Below, piece by piece: positions 9,192 through 17,934 of a stretch of DNA of 64,000 nt. The notes beneath the pieces are model-generated. The model searched no databases. It was not told the DNA's origin and saw only the letters and a list, made by a program, of their open reading frames with translations. The stretch spans positions 1-64,000 of the forward strand of contig CAWKAR010000013.1 of the NCBI GenBank assembly GCA_963847625.1, written 5' to 3'. The DNA comes from a candidate division FCPU426 bacterium. Lineage in GTDB: Bacteria; Oederibacteriota; Muellerivitia; Muellerivitales; Muellerivitaceae. The translations under genes were made by a program, and so were the position numbers. Numbering within the stretch: the stretch's first letter is position 1; each line of letters starts with the position of its first letter.

Positions 9192-9323
9192 GGCCCTTCC
9201 TCCATTAGCTATAGTAATAGCTATGATTATATACATTCATAATGAAGTTTCAAGGCGGTCCGAACTCTTGTCCAATCCCACTGATTCTCGCCGCGGAACG
9301 AGGATCTCCCCGTCGTGGACGAT

Positions 9324-9731
9324 TTATTTCGCGTTTATAAAACCTTCCATCGAAACAGTAAGATATGGGGCGGCACGGCGAAGGGCACGATCCTCGGTCA
9401 CGCAGGGAACCCCGAGTTTCTGGGCCAATAGAACATATTGGGCGTCATAGGCGGATATTTTGTGATGAATGGCGACTTCTAAGGTCTCGACCGGCCCCAA
9501 TTCCACCTCATGGGGAAGAATATGTGCGTAAACATCTTCCAAGGCTTTGACTGTTCTTTCCTTAGATAATCCTCCCTGCCGGACATACGTGGTGAATATA
9601 TTGAGGATTTCATGGCGCCAAATTCCTGGCAGTCTCCAATGAGGGTCCCGTTTGCGCACTTGGAGGGCCAAAGGCGTCAGCGCCCCTTCGATGATGGAAT
9701 AAGCCAGGACGTTGGCATCCACGACGATCAA
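9324..9731 (-). CDS. vapC: VapC PIN-domain toxin (cassette 5)
   Basis: IVVDANVL...E...SAYDAQYVLLA...VTEDRAL; TTG start overlaps the antitoxin stop. Confidence 0.92.
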   Translation of the reverse strand: MIVVDANVLAYSIIEGALTPLALQVRKRDPHWRLPGIWRHEILNIFTTYVRQGGLSKERTVKALEDVYAHILPHEVELGPVETLEVAIHHKISAYDAQYVLLAQKLGVPCVTEDRALRRAAPYLTVSMEGFINAK

Positions 9732-9946
9732 GCGCGGCCTTCCCGGATTGTCTTTTTCAACCAGCCGGGCGTGATTGGAAATTTCCCTTTTATGGGCTCG
9801 GGCCAAGGGCGCTCGGAATGTCCGGACAGCGCCTCTTCCAGGAGGGCCAAAGCCTCCTTGGTCATGGACCTTCGGTGTTGTGTTGCGATTTCCTTGAGTT
9901 TCTTATGCACTGGAGCCGGTACGTTTTTAATCAAGATATCAGACAT
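9728..9946 (-). CDS. FitA/Arc-like RHH antitoxin (cassette 5)
   Basis: ILIKNVPAPVHKKLK...HRRSMTKEALALLEEAL. Confidence 0.88.
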   Translation of the reverse strand: MSDILIKNVPAPVHKKLKEIATQHRRSMTKEALALLEEALSGHSERPWPEPIKGKFPITPGWLKKTIREGRA

Positions 9947-10087
9947 AGCACTCTCCTAATGGTTCAATATCATAACAATATCATTTTAATAGTGTTTTTT
10001 CAAGTTCTTCATCCGAAGGATTCTGACCCTGCGCCTATGATTGGGTTCGTCCACTCCGGGTCCCCAGAGAGGACAAAGTTGTTTAGG

Positions 10088-10432
10088 TTATTCGAATAAG
10101 ATAATCTTGAGGTTTTCAATCAACTTTGCCTTATCCATCGGGTTTAATTCACCCAAGTGTTTTACGAACCGGCGGTTATCAATAGCTCGTATTTGATCAA
10201 CCAGCACATCGGAATCTTTCTTTAGAGGCATTCCCTTTTTGGAAAGGTGAACTCGCAGGATTTCTGCCCCACGGATGACATTAGTTGTGATGGGACAAAC
10301 AATGGTGCTGGGGTGTTGACCGTCGTTTAAAAGGTTGGTTTGGAGAACAACTACCGGTCTTGTCTTGCCAGATTCGGTGCCGAAGCGCGGGCTTAGGTCG
10401 GCCAGGTAAACATTGAATTTCCTGATCTTCAT
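10088..10432 (-). CDS. mazF: PemK/MazF toxin (cassette 6)
   Basis: YLADLSPRFGTESGKTRPVVVLQ...TIVCPITT...VDQIRAID. Confidence 0.92.
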   Translation of the reverse strand: MKIRKFNVYLADLSPRFGTESGKTRPVVVLQTNLLNDGQHPSTIVCPITTNVIRGAEILRVHLSKKGMPLKKDSDVLVDQIRAIDNRRFVKHLGELNPMDKAKLIENLKIILFE

Positions 10433-10668
10433 TGGAAGGTGGCTTCCTCGAGCTTTTCCATCTCACTCAGGATGTCCATGGAGTTCTTGCGCGTGAGCAG
10501 GGATTCTTTCAGCAGTTTTTTTCTTAGCCCTTTTCGGCGATTGAACTCATTGTAAAAATTCAACGCCTCGTTGATATAGGCGTTCCGGGGCATTTGAAGC
10601 ACTTTGGTTATGGATTCCACATCCTCGAAAATCTCCCCTTTTATTTTAAGTGACAAGACTTTGGTCAT
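10429..10668 (-). CDS. Antitoxin, RHH-like (cassette 6)
   Basis: LSLKI...PRNAYINEAL; 4 bp overlap with the toxin. Confidence 0.82.
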   Translation of the reverse strand: MTKVLSLKIKGEIFEDVESITKVLQMPRNAYINEALNFYNEFNRRKGLRKKLLKESLLTRKNSMDILSEMEKLEEATFQ

Positions 10669-10904
10669 TTTTTAGCTCCTCAAGCGGTATATACCTTTAG
10701 TATATACTATTCGGCTAGAAAGGATGCAAATTTCATCAAATTTTCGTCCAATCAGGGTCCCCGGATTGGACAACTTACAGAGCTTTTATTTAGCGCTTTG
10801 GGATAAACGGCGGAAATTCTTTGAAATCGGGCGGATTCGTGAAATCTATTTATTAAATTCGGGATTATTGGGCAATGCGTTTAATTTAAAGGACAAAACA
10901 ACTT

Positions 10905-11891
10905 TTATTCCAGATTGACCATTTTCTTCATGGCTTCCCCGTAGCGTTCCCCATGGACCTGGAAGGTCGTGAGAATCCGCATGATTGAGGAAACATCCTG
11001 ATTGGATAACTGGATACCGGCGGCCCTGGCGTTTTCCTCCAGGTGCCTCACTTTGGTGGTGCCAGGAATGGGGACTACATCCTTCCCCTTTTGAAGAAGC
11101 CAAGCGAGCGCGATTTGGGAAGGGGTGGCTCCCTTTTCTTGCGCCAGCTTTTTCACCTCATCCACCAGCCTTATGTTTTGCTTGAAATTCTCATCCTGGA
11201 ACCGGGGCAGGTTCCGGCGCATGTCCTTCTCGTCAAAATCCTCAAATTTCCGGATCTGCCCGGTCAAGAACCCCCGTCCCACGGGACTGAAGGGGACCAG
11301 GCCGATGCCCAGTTCCCTCACCACGGGAAGGATTTTCTCTTCCAAGCTGGTTTCCCAAAGGGAATACTCGCTTTGAAGGGCGCTGATGGGATGGACCGCG
11401 TGGGCCCGTCGGAGGGTCTTAGGACCCACTTCGCTCAAGCCGATGTATTTCGCCTTGCCTTCCTTCACCAGGGTGGCCATGCCGCCGACTGTCTCTTCGA
11501 TCTGAACTTTCGGGTCAACCCGATGAAGGTAAAAAAGATCCACGCAATCAATGCCCAGGCGTTTCAGTGAGCCTTCCAGGGCGCGTCGGGCGTTCGCGGG
11601 CGAGCCATCCATGTTTTCGGGGCCGGACTGTCCGTTTTTCCAGGCGAATTTGGTGGCGACCACCACTTTGTTCCTGCGCCCCTTGAGCGCCTTGCCCAAT
11701 AGTTCCTCGTTCAAAAAAGGTCCGTAGGCTTCGGCCGTATCCCAAAAATTGATTCCCAGCTCCAATGAGCGGTCCAGGGTGCGCAGGCACTCGGCCTCGT
11801 CGGCTTTCCCATAGGCGAAACTCATTCCCATACAGCCCAGCCCCAAAGCCGATACTTCCAAGCCTTGTTTTCCTAATTTTCTTTTCTCCAT
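10905..11891 (-). CDS. Aldo/keto reductase
   Basis: LGLGCMGMS, DTAEAYG, VVATKF, DLFYLHRVDP, QSEYSLW, PIPGT. Confidence 0.95.
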   Translation of the reverse strand: MEKRKLGKQGLEVSALGLGCMGMSFAYGKADEAECLRTLDRSLELGINFWDTAEAYGPFLNEELLGKALKGRRNKVVVATKFAWKNGQSGPENMDGSPANARRALEGSLKRLGIDCVDLFYLHRVDPKVQIEETVGGMATLVKEGKAKYIGLSEVGPKTLRRAHAVHPISALQSEYSLWETSLEEKILPVVRELGIGLVPFSPVGRGFLTGQIRKFEDFDEKDMRRNLPRFQDENFKQNIRLVDEVKKLAQEKGATPSQIALAWLLQKGKDVVPIPGTTKVRHLEENARAAGIQLSNQDVSSIMRILTTFQVHGERYGEAMKKMVNLE

Positions 11892-12104
11892 ACGATACTC
11901 TCCAATAAGCAATGGTTTGAGCTTAACCAACCGTCAAGCCTGGATTTTCCGGATGACCTTATCCGGCTCCACCGCCGGGTAATGGGTTACTCATTATACC
12001 GCCCACAACTTCTTCCACCCCCTCCTTATTTTTACGGCCAGGGTCAGCCATGGCGCCGGAGGTTCCATGCGGCGGGAGCGATGTTGTAATGGGTTGAAAC
12101 GCAC

Positions 12105-12138
12105 AAAAAGGCCCGCCGTATTGAAATACGCGGGCCCT
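12105..12138 (-). terminator. Intrinsic terminator after the rhodanese gene
   Basis: ggcccg...cgggcc hairpin with a T tail on the minus strand. Confidence 0.65.
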
Positions 12139-12152
12139 GATCGGCCAAAAAC

Positions 12153-12506
12153 TTATTTGGAGGCAACCGCCACTTTGGCTTGGGTGCCTTCGGTCGGGAA
12201 ACCGGCCTCAAACCATTCTTCGATTCCGCCCGGATAATCCTCCGCCTTAAAGCCCGCATCCTTGAGTGCCTTGGCGGCGTTGGGGCCGGCCGCGCAAAGA
12301 TAGTTGGTGCAATGCGTGATGATGAATTTGTCCCTCCCGTATTTCATCCCGGTTTTCTCCACGAACCCTGGCAAGTCATGATTCAGGGGCAAATTGTGGG
12401 AACCTTTAATGTGGAGTTTCTGATAATCCACCTCGGAAAGAACGTTCAACACCACAACGTTTTTTTCCTTCATTTTTTTCCGGACCATTTCCTTTGTGAG
12501 CGCCAT
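12153..12506 (-). CDS. Rhodanese-like domain protein
   Basis: HIKGSHNLP, ITHCTNYLC, YPGGIEEW. Confidence 0.88.
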   Translation of the reverse strand: MALTKEMVRKKMKEKNVVVLNVLSEVDYQKLHIKGSHNLPLNHDLPGFVEKTGMKYGRDKFIITHCTNYLCAAGPNAAKALKDAGFKAEDYPGGIEEWFEAGFPTEGTQAKVAVASK

Positions 12507-12646
12507 TTTTTTCCTCCCCTTGAAGAATTTATTACATTTTTAATTTACGGCAGGTTAAAAAAAGAAATAAAGGGGTTGGCCGTTATTAAAGTTGCCTGGC
12601 GGTAACCTTTAAAAAACCATCGTTTAACGGCCCTGGGGAAAGAGGG

Positions 12647-13180
12647 CTAGAAAATACCCGGAATGAAGCAGCTGGTTTTCCTCATGTATTCCCGGTATTC
12701 CCCGCCGAATTTGGCCAACATCTCGCCCTCCTCGATTTTCGCCGTAATAAAAAGGGCCAGGGTATTAACACCTACCAGGATTGAAGTCAGGGTGTTTACG
12801 TCTTTCAGGTAGGCCCCCCACGCGAACCACACCAGGGAGGCGTAAAGCGGATGGCGGATGTACCGGTATATCCCGGCGATGACCAGCTTGGAGGTGTTCT
12901 CGAAATTGCCGGAAGGTTTACCCAACTTCTTCAAGAGCAGGTAACCGTAAAGCGCGGGAATGATGGAGCCGAAGAGCAGGACCCATGAAGCGATCTGGCG
13001 GGCCGACCAGGGATTCGAAAACCAGACCGGGGCGTTCAACAGGATCGTGGCCAGGATGCCCTCAAAAGCGAAAAAACGGGCAAACCCGTGGTAACGTCCC
13101 TCTCGGATGGAAAGCCACCAGGAGAAATAGATGATTCCAGCTGACCCGATCCCGAAAAGAACCCATCTTATATGTTCCAT
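12647..13180 (-). CDS. Isoprenylcysteine carboxyl methyltransferase (ICMT/PEMT) family protein
   Basis: LVIAGIYRYIRHPLY, EEGEMLAKFG.EYREY. Confidence 0.88.
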   Translation of the reverse strand: MEHIRWVLFGIGSAGIIYFSWWLSIREGRYHGFARFFAFEGILATILLNAPVWFSNPWSARQIASWVLLFGSIIPALYGYLLLKKLGKPSGNFENTSKLVIAGIYRYIRHPLYASLVWFAWGAYLKDVNTLTSILVGVNTLALFITAKIEEGEMLAKFGGEYREYMRKTSCFIPGIF

Positions 13181-13260
13181 TTTTCACAATACTCCGACAG
13201 GCTGTAGAGTCAGGGGTATCTTACGGCTCGTAAACGCTTCTGAGCAACGGGATCTCTGAT

Positions 13261-14922
13261 TTATGGAAGGATTGGTTTCACTGAGGGAAACAGGCGGGAA
13301 TCGGTGTGGGGAATGAATAGCGCGGCGGTGTAATGCTCGTAATAATTGCATTCGGTGCTCAAGTCCAAATACTGGATCAGGGGCAGGAGTTCCCGGAGTT
13401 TATTCCGGGATGATTGGGAGACCAACGCCATGGAGGCCCCGGTCAGGGACGAATTGCCGATATAACGAAACCTGTCGCGCGGGACATCGGGAAGCAGTCC
13501 CAGTGTGACGGCCTTCTCAAAATCAAGCGTCCGGCCGAACCCGCCCGCAATATAGATGCGGTCCAAATCACCGAAGGAAGCGCCGATCCTCGCCAAAAGA
13601 AGCGAACAGGCGGCGTAAACGGCCGCCTTGGCCCTCAAAACGCTTTCGATATCCACCTCGCTCAGGGTCAGGTCCTCACCCAATGAGGTTTCAGGCTCAG
13701 GCGCGAGGATGTACTTTGCCCGGCGACCCAGGACCTTGACGAAGGGCGAGTTTCTTTCCAGGTTGAATTTTCCGCTCGCGTCCAGGAAACCCTTCAGGAA
13801 CAATTCTGCCAATAGGGTTAATACGCCCGAGCCGCAGATCCCCCGGGGTTTCTCGTTTCCGATGGTCGTATACGCCGCCTTGCCGGTCTCGGAATCCACC
13901 TCCACCTTGTCCACAGCCCCCGGCGCGGCCCTCATGCCGTGGGTCAATCCCCCGCCCTCAAAAGCGGGCCCGGCCGAGCAGGCGCAGGACATGAAAAACC
14001 CGCCGTCCCCGATCACGACCTCGCCGTTAGTGCCGATGTCGATTAAAAGCCGCAGGCGGCCCGAGGGTTGGGGCAGTTGGGTGCAAAGCATCCCGGCCGT
14101 GACATCGCCCCCCACGTAGTTCCCTGCCGCCGGCGGGAAAAACACGGGCGCTCCGGGGGATATCGCGAACCCAATGTCCCCGGCGGTCAATTGAAGGTTG
14201 GCGATCCCGGAGGGGGCTATATCCTGCCTGAGGTAGTTGGGGTCCTTGCCCAAGAGCAGGTGGATCATGGTGGGATTGCCTGCCACGACCGCCGAAGTGA
14301 TCTCGCTTACTGGCACTTCCCCTTGTTGGGCCGCCGTTTGGATCAGCTTGTTCAGGGTATTGAGCGCCCGGCGCTTCAGCTCCCGCAGGCCGCCGGGTTT
14401 GCGGCCATATTCCATCCGGGAAATCACGTCCGACCCGCACTTGACCTGGGAGTTGTAATCCACGAAAGAGGAAAGGACCTTGGCGTCCTCAAAGCGGATG
14501 AGCTTGGCCGCGGCCGTGGTGGTCCCCAAATCCAAGGCCACTCCGTATTCCCCCGAGGCCAAGGGATTCACGTCCGTTGGAAATAGTCCGTTTTCAATCA
14601 GGGCGGCGTCGTCATAGGAAGCGGGGATGGGCCCCCCTTCCAGGGCGTGGAATTCCGGAACGTAAACGATGACGTCCTGGTCCTTGACCTTGGAATGGCA
14701 GGCCAAGACATGCCCCTCTTCCAGGGTATAGGCGGGGAGGGAAGGCGACAGGGATTGGTCCACGGTTCCAGAGACCAGGCGCACCAGGCACCCGCCGCAG
14801 GTTCCCCGCCCCCCGCAGGGGGCTTCCACCGTGGCCTCGGAAAGCCTGGCCGCATCGATGAGCGTGGCGCCCACGGGTACGTCAGCGGTCTGCCCACCAG
14901 GGAAGAAAATGACCTTCGGCAT
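13261..14922 (-). CDS. acsV: ATP-dependent reductive activator of corrinoid protein (RACo, ASKHA family)
   Basis: N-terminal 2Fe-2S CGGRGTCGGC; DLGTTT, DIGTNGE, AGPAFEG, GICGSG, AGGFG. Confidence 0.92.
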   Translation of the reverse strand: MPKVIFFPGGQTADVPVGATLIDAARLSEATVEAPCGGRGTCGGCLVRLVSGTVDQSLSPSLPAYTLEEGHVLACHSKVKDQDVIVYVPEFHALEGGPIPASYDDAALIENGLFPTDVNPLASGEYGVALDLGTTTAAAKLIRFEDAKVLSSFVDYNSQVKCGSDVISRMEYGRKPGGLRELKRRALNTLNKLIQTAAQQGEVPVSEITSAVVAGNPTMIHLLLGKDPNYLRQDIAPSGIANLQLTAGDIGFAISPGAPVFFPPAAGNYVGGDVTAGMLCTQLPQPSGRLRLLIDIGTNGEVVIGDGGFFMSCACSAGPAFEGGGLTHGMRAAPGAVDKVEVDSETGKAAYTTIGNEKPRGICGSGVLTLLAELFLKGFLDASGKFNLERNSPFVKVLGRRAKYILAPEPETSLGEDLTLSEVDIESVLRAKAAVYAACSLLLARIGASFGDLDRIYIAGGFGRTLDFEKAVTLGLLPDVPRDRFRYIGNSSLTGASMALVSQSSRNKLRELLPLIQYLDLSTECNYYEHYTAALFIPHTDSRLFPSVKPILP

Positions 14923-14975
14923 GGGAACCTTTCAAAAATATTCAGATTAAAAGTTTTTAAAGATTAATTTAAATC

Positions 14976-15126
14976 TGTCATCGCGAGGAGGTGCCCCAAT
15001 CGGGGCGATTACCGACGTGGCGACCCCAGTTCGCAGTTCGATTTGGGTTGTGTAAAAGGTTTATTTAAACTGGGGTTGCTTCCTCGTTATCAACCGCCTA
15101 TTCGGCGGTTACTCGTCGCAATGACA
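14976..15126. repeat. REP-like nested palindromic element
   Basis: tgtcatcgcgagga...tcgtcgcaatgaca ends with inner ccccagtt/aactgggg and aaccgcc/ggcggtt arms. Confidence 0.7.
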
Positions 15127-15150
15127 ACAAAAAAAATAAAGCTACTGTTG

Positions 15151-16488
15151 CTAATTACTTAACCTAGCTTTGACGAAACCCTCGATGTCGCCGGCTTCCT
15201 GGGGCCCCACCAGGGCTTTCCAACCCGGCAGGTTTTCTTCCAGTTCCCCCGAGATTGTGGAAACGTAACCCGGAATTACGATTTGGCGGGTATCCACCTG
15301 GGCTTCCAGGCCCGCTTCCTTGACGAACTGGGCGATCCGGATGCCGTTGAATTTCCCCGCCGCCCAGGCCGTGAGTACGCTCAAACCCTCGCATTCCGGC
15401 ACCGCAAGCCAAGCCGAAATTCCCGCGTTCTCGATCTCCCCCGAAACGATGAAGTAAGTGAGGGAGAAATTTGTGGTGACGAACACCGGCGAGTTCCGCT
15501 TGGGTTCGCCGATGGGATAGACCTTGGGCTCGACCTGGATTGGTCTTTGAGGGTCGGTATAGATATTTAAACGCAAGGTCATCAGGGTCGAAAGCTGGGC
15601 CGGGTCAAATCCCGGCAAGACCACGATTCCGCCGTATTTGGCGATTTCGGTGACGGCCTCCACGGTGGTATCAGCCAGGTCGCCGGACAGGAAACGCAAG
15701 AATGGATAACCCATGGCTTTGACATCCCCCAACAGGGCCGACCGTCTGGAAACGCTGTTCATTAGGAATTGATCACGCAATCCGTTATTAGGAAATTCCA
15801 AGAGCAAGTCGTTGAACCCGCCGGCTTTAATCTTCGCGGTTAAAGCCGCAATGGAATCCAAATCCGGGCCGGTCACAGCAAGGAGATGCCCGTTCTCCGA
15901 CGCGACCTTCACCATCATTTCAGCGTTATCGGCAGATGCCGAAACCAAGATGCTTCTCGAACCCTTGACGGCCTCGGCGGCCTTGGTAATAGCACTAGGG
16001 TCGGAACTCTTAATCACTAGGGGCTTCTTTGTTATTTCCCAGGCTTTGAGGACAAGACCTACAAAGGCTTCAGAAGAAGCCTTTCCCTGCGTTATTCCCA
16101 CCATATCCAAGCGGAAGGTTTCACCCACCCGATCAAGCTTGTAATCCCGTATCTGGACCAGTTTGCGGTCCAGGGAAACGGCATCCTCGGAAGCATCCAG
16201 GTTCACGGCCAAGGACGTGGGGCTGACAAAGGTCTTTTCGTGCCGGTATAGCACTGTCTCCCCGCCCAGCTTCACTTCCCCATTCGTACCCGCGGCGAGC
16301 GACTTAACCGGAGGCTCGGAGGCCGCCCCCAATGTCTTTTTGGTCTCTTCCGAGGCATGGGGGCATTGGGCAATCTCGGCCTTCTTGGAAGCCATCTTCA
16401 TGGCAAAGGCTAAGCAAGTGGAGGAACCGCAATCCTTGCAGTTCGTTCCCGGCAGGAGTTTGTTAATTTGCAAGCCTGTTAAAGCCAT
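15151..16488 (-). CDS. acsC: Corrinoid iron-sulfur protein large subunit
   Basis: LPGTNCKDCGSSTCLAFA...CP; YTDPQRPIQV; TTNFSLTYF; SVLTAWAAGKF. Confidence 0.96.
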   Translation of the reverse strand: MALTGLQINKLLPGTNCKDCGSSTCLAFAMKMASKKAEIAQCPHASEETKKTLGAASEPPVKSLAAGTNGEVKLGGETVLYRHEKTFVSPTSLAVNLDASEDAVSLDRKLVQIRDYKLDRVGETFRLDMVGITQGKASSEAFVGLVLKAWEITKKPLVIKSSDPSAITKAAEAVKGSRSILVSASADNAEMMVKVASENGHLLAVTGPDLDSIAALTAKIKAGGFNDLLLEFPNNGLRDQFLMNSVSRRSALLGDVKAMGYPFLRFLSGDLADTTVEAVTEIAKYGGIVVLPGFDPAQLSTLMTLRLNIYTDPQRPIQVEPKVYPIGEPKRNSPVFVTTNFSLTYFIVSGEIENAGISAWLAVPECEGLSVLTAWAAGKFNGIRIAQFVKEAGLEAQVDTRQIVIPGYVSTISGELEENLPGWKALVGPQEAGDIEGFVKARLSN

Positions 16489-16539
16489 TTAAAATCTAAA
16501 CCTTTCACCACAAAGTACACAATGTAAGAATTAATGTTA

Positions 16540-16935
16540 TTATTTTTTAACGGGAACAATATCCCCCAACTCACAAATTGGTACATACATTGCGTAGATA
16601 ACAAAACCCAAAACGACGCCAAACAAAAACAGAATCATCCATTCTTTCAGCGAACCTACTTTTAATATTCCTTTCTCGTATAAAACAACTAATCCAAAAT
16701 ACAAAGGCAACAAAAGAAAAATTATCCATGGATAATTCAGCAATTGAAGACGTTTGCTAATTGTTATGCAAAACGTAGTGGCAGGTGGCAACTTTAACCC
16801 AAAGCCATTAAAAGCTTCTTCAAATGTTGGCACCTCACGTATCATGCAATACAAAACAGCCATGATGGAAATAAGCATTACATTTAACGGATAAGTTAAA
16901 GATTTTTTCATCGATTGAAAAAACCGTACCATCAA
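16540..16935 (-). CDS. Small AT-rich membrane protein resembling PilC/GspF membrane segments
   Basis: LTYP...VPTFEEAF..FGLKLPPAT and GVVLGFVIYAMYVPI. Confidence 0.55.
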   Translation of the reverse strand: MMVRFFQSMKKSLTYPLNVMLISIMAVLYCMIREVPTFEEAFNGFGLKLPPATTFCITISKRLQLLNYPWIIFLLLPLYFGLVVLYEKGILKVGSLKEWMILFLFGVVLGFVIYAMYVPICELGDIVPVKK

Positions 16936-16948
16936 TCACACTTTTCCA

Positions 16949-17934
16949 TTACAACGATTTTGTCGTCATTAAATCTTTTATCGCATTCTTCACAGCTTTA
17001 ACCGCATCCGGATGGTAAAGCACCAGCAAATCCGCCCCAGCGTAAAGCAAGCTCATGGCGGTGGCGATTTCCCACTGCGCTGCGCGCTTGGGCAAATCTC
17101 CCCAGGCCGGGAAATCAGACTCCGGGGCCTTGAATTCCTTAATCTTGCAGCACTCCTGCCCTACGGCCACGATCATGGGCTGGGCCAAAGGTTGGTCGCC
17201 TCCCAACGCGGTCTGGCGGATGCGCTCCATGACGGAATAGGAGTATTCGACCCCGTATCCCACGGCGCTGGCCATGGGGTCGATGACGATCTTGTCCGGC
17301 CGGCACGCCCATCTGGGACATGAGGATGCATAACTGCTTGGTGATGTTGACGTCCAAGGGCCCTTGGGCCACCACCGTGTGGCCATAGGCCAGGGCGGCC
17401 CCGGCGATGGCCTTGTAATTGTTCTGCTCGGCCCAGTTCAGGAGCAGGTTCTCGCCGGCGCAGGCGGAGGCCACGGCCTTCATGACCTCGTTCACCTTCT
17501 CGAAATGGTTATGGCCAGTCACGATCAGGGGAACGTCCACTGCCTCCAAAACCGCCTTGACGGTCTCCACTGCCTGGGCCGCGGTACGGTCGCCCTTTTC
17601 GGGATGGGTTCCGTCCAGCCGCACGCTAATTAGGTCCGCCCCGTATTTTTCCACGCAAGCCTTGGCCATGGCCGCGGGGTCATTCAGCAGGTTCCCGAAG
17701 ATGTCCCGCAATACCTTGGGGTACTTTTCCGAAACCTGGTCGAAAACCTCCATGGCCACAAGCGGCCTGTGGGGCGTTTCACCCTCGAACGAATGGAACG
17801 GCATGGCGGTCGCCCCGCCAATCGAGTAGGAAACGCGCTCTGGTTCCGCCTTCAGCTTTGGTGGCGCCCAGCTTCACGATCCGAATGGGTGTCTCGCATT
17901 TTTGTTTGGGGATCTTGAAGGACTTAACATCCAT
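16949..17934 (-). CDS. acsD: Corrinoid iron-sulfur protein small subunit, with two +1 frameshifts (~17835, ~17297)
   Basis: Pieces KLGATKAEGGTR / MPFHSFEG..RPLVAMEVFD / DKIVIDP..GYGVEYSYSVMERIR are collinear. Confidence 0.88.

Larger units (their letters stand above)
6854..10773. repeat. Seven copies of a 30 bp palindromic site separating six gene cassettes: 6854-6869 (right half only), 7074-7103, 7856-7885, 8608-8637, 9268-9322 (split), 10047-10076, 10744-10773
   Basis: Consensus TYGTCCAnnnnGGG TC CCCnnnnTGGACRA; 8608-8637 is a perfect 14-2-14 palindrome; one site in each inter-cassette gap. Confidence 0.93.

Noticed and set aside
6854..10773. Classical integron attC array or XerCD pdif modules
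   Set aside because: No RYYYAAC/GTTRRRY boxes and no intI; the sites are GC-rich, fixed-length 14-2-14 and directly repeated.
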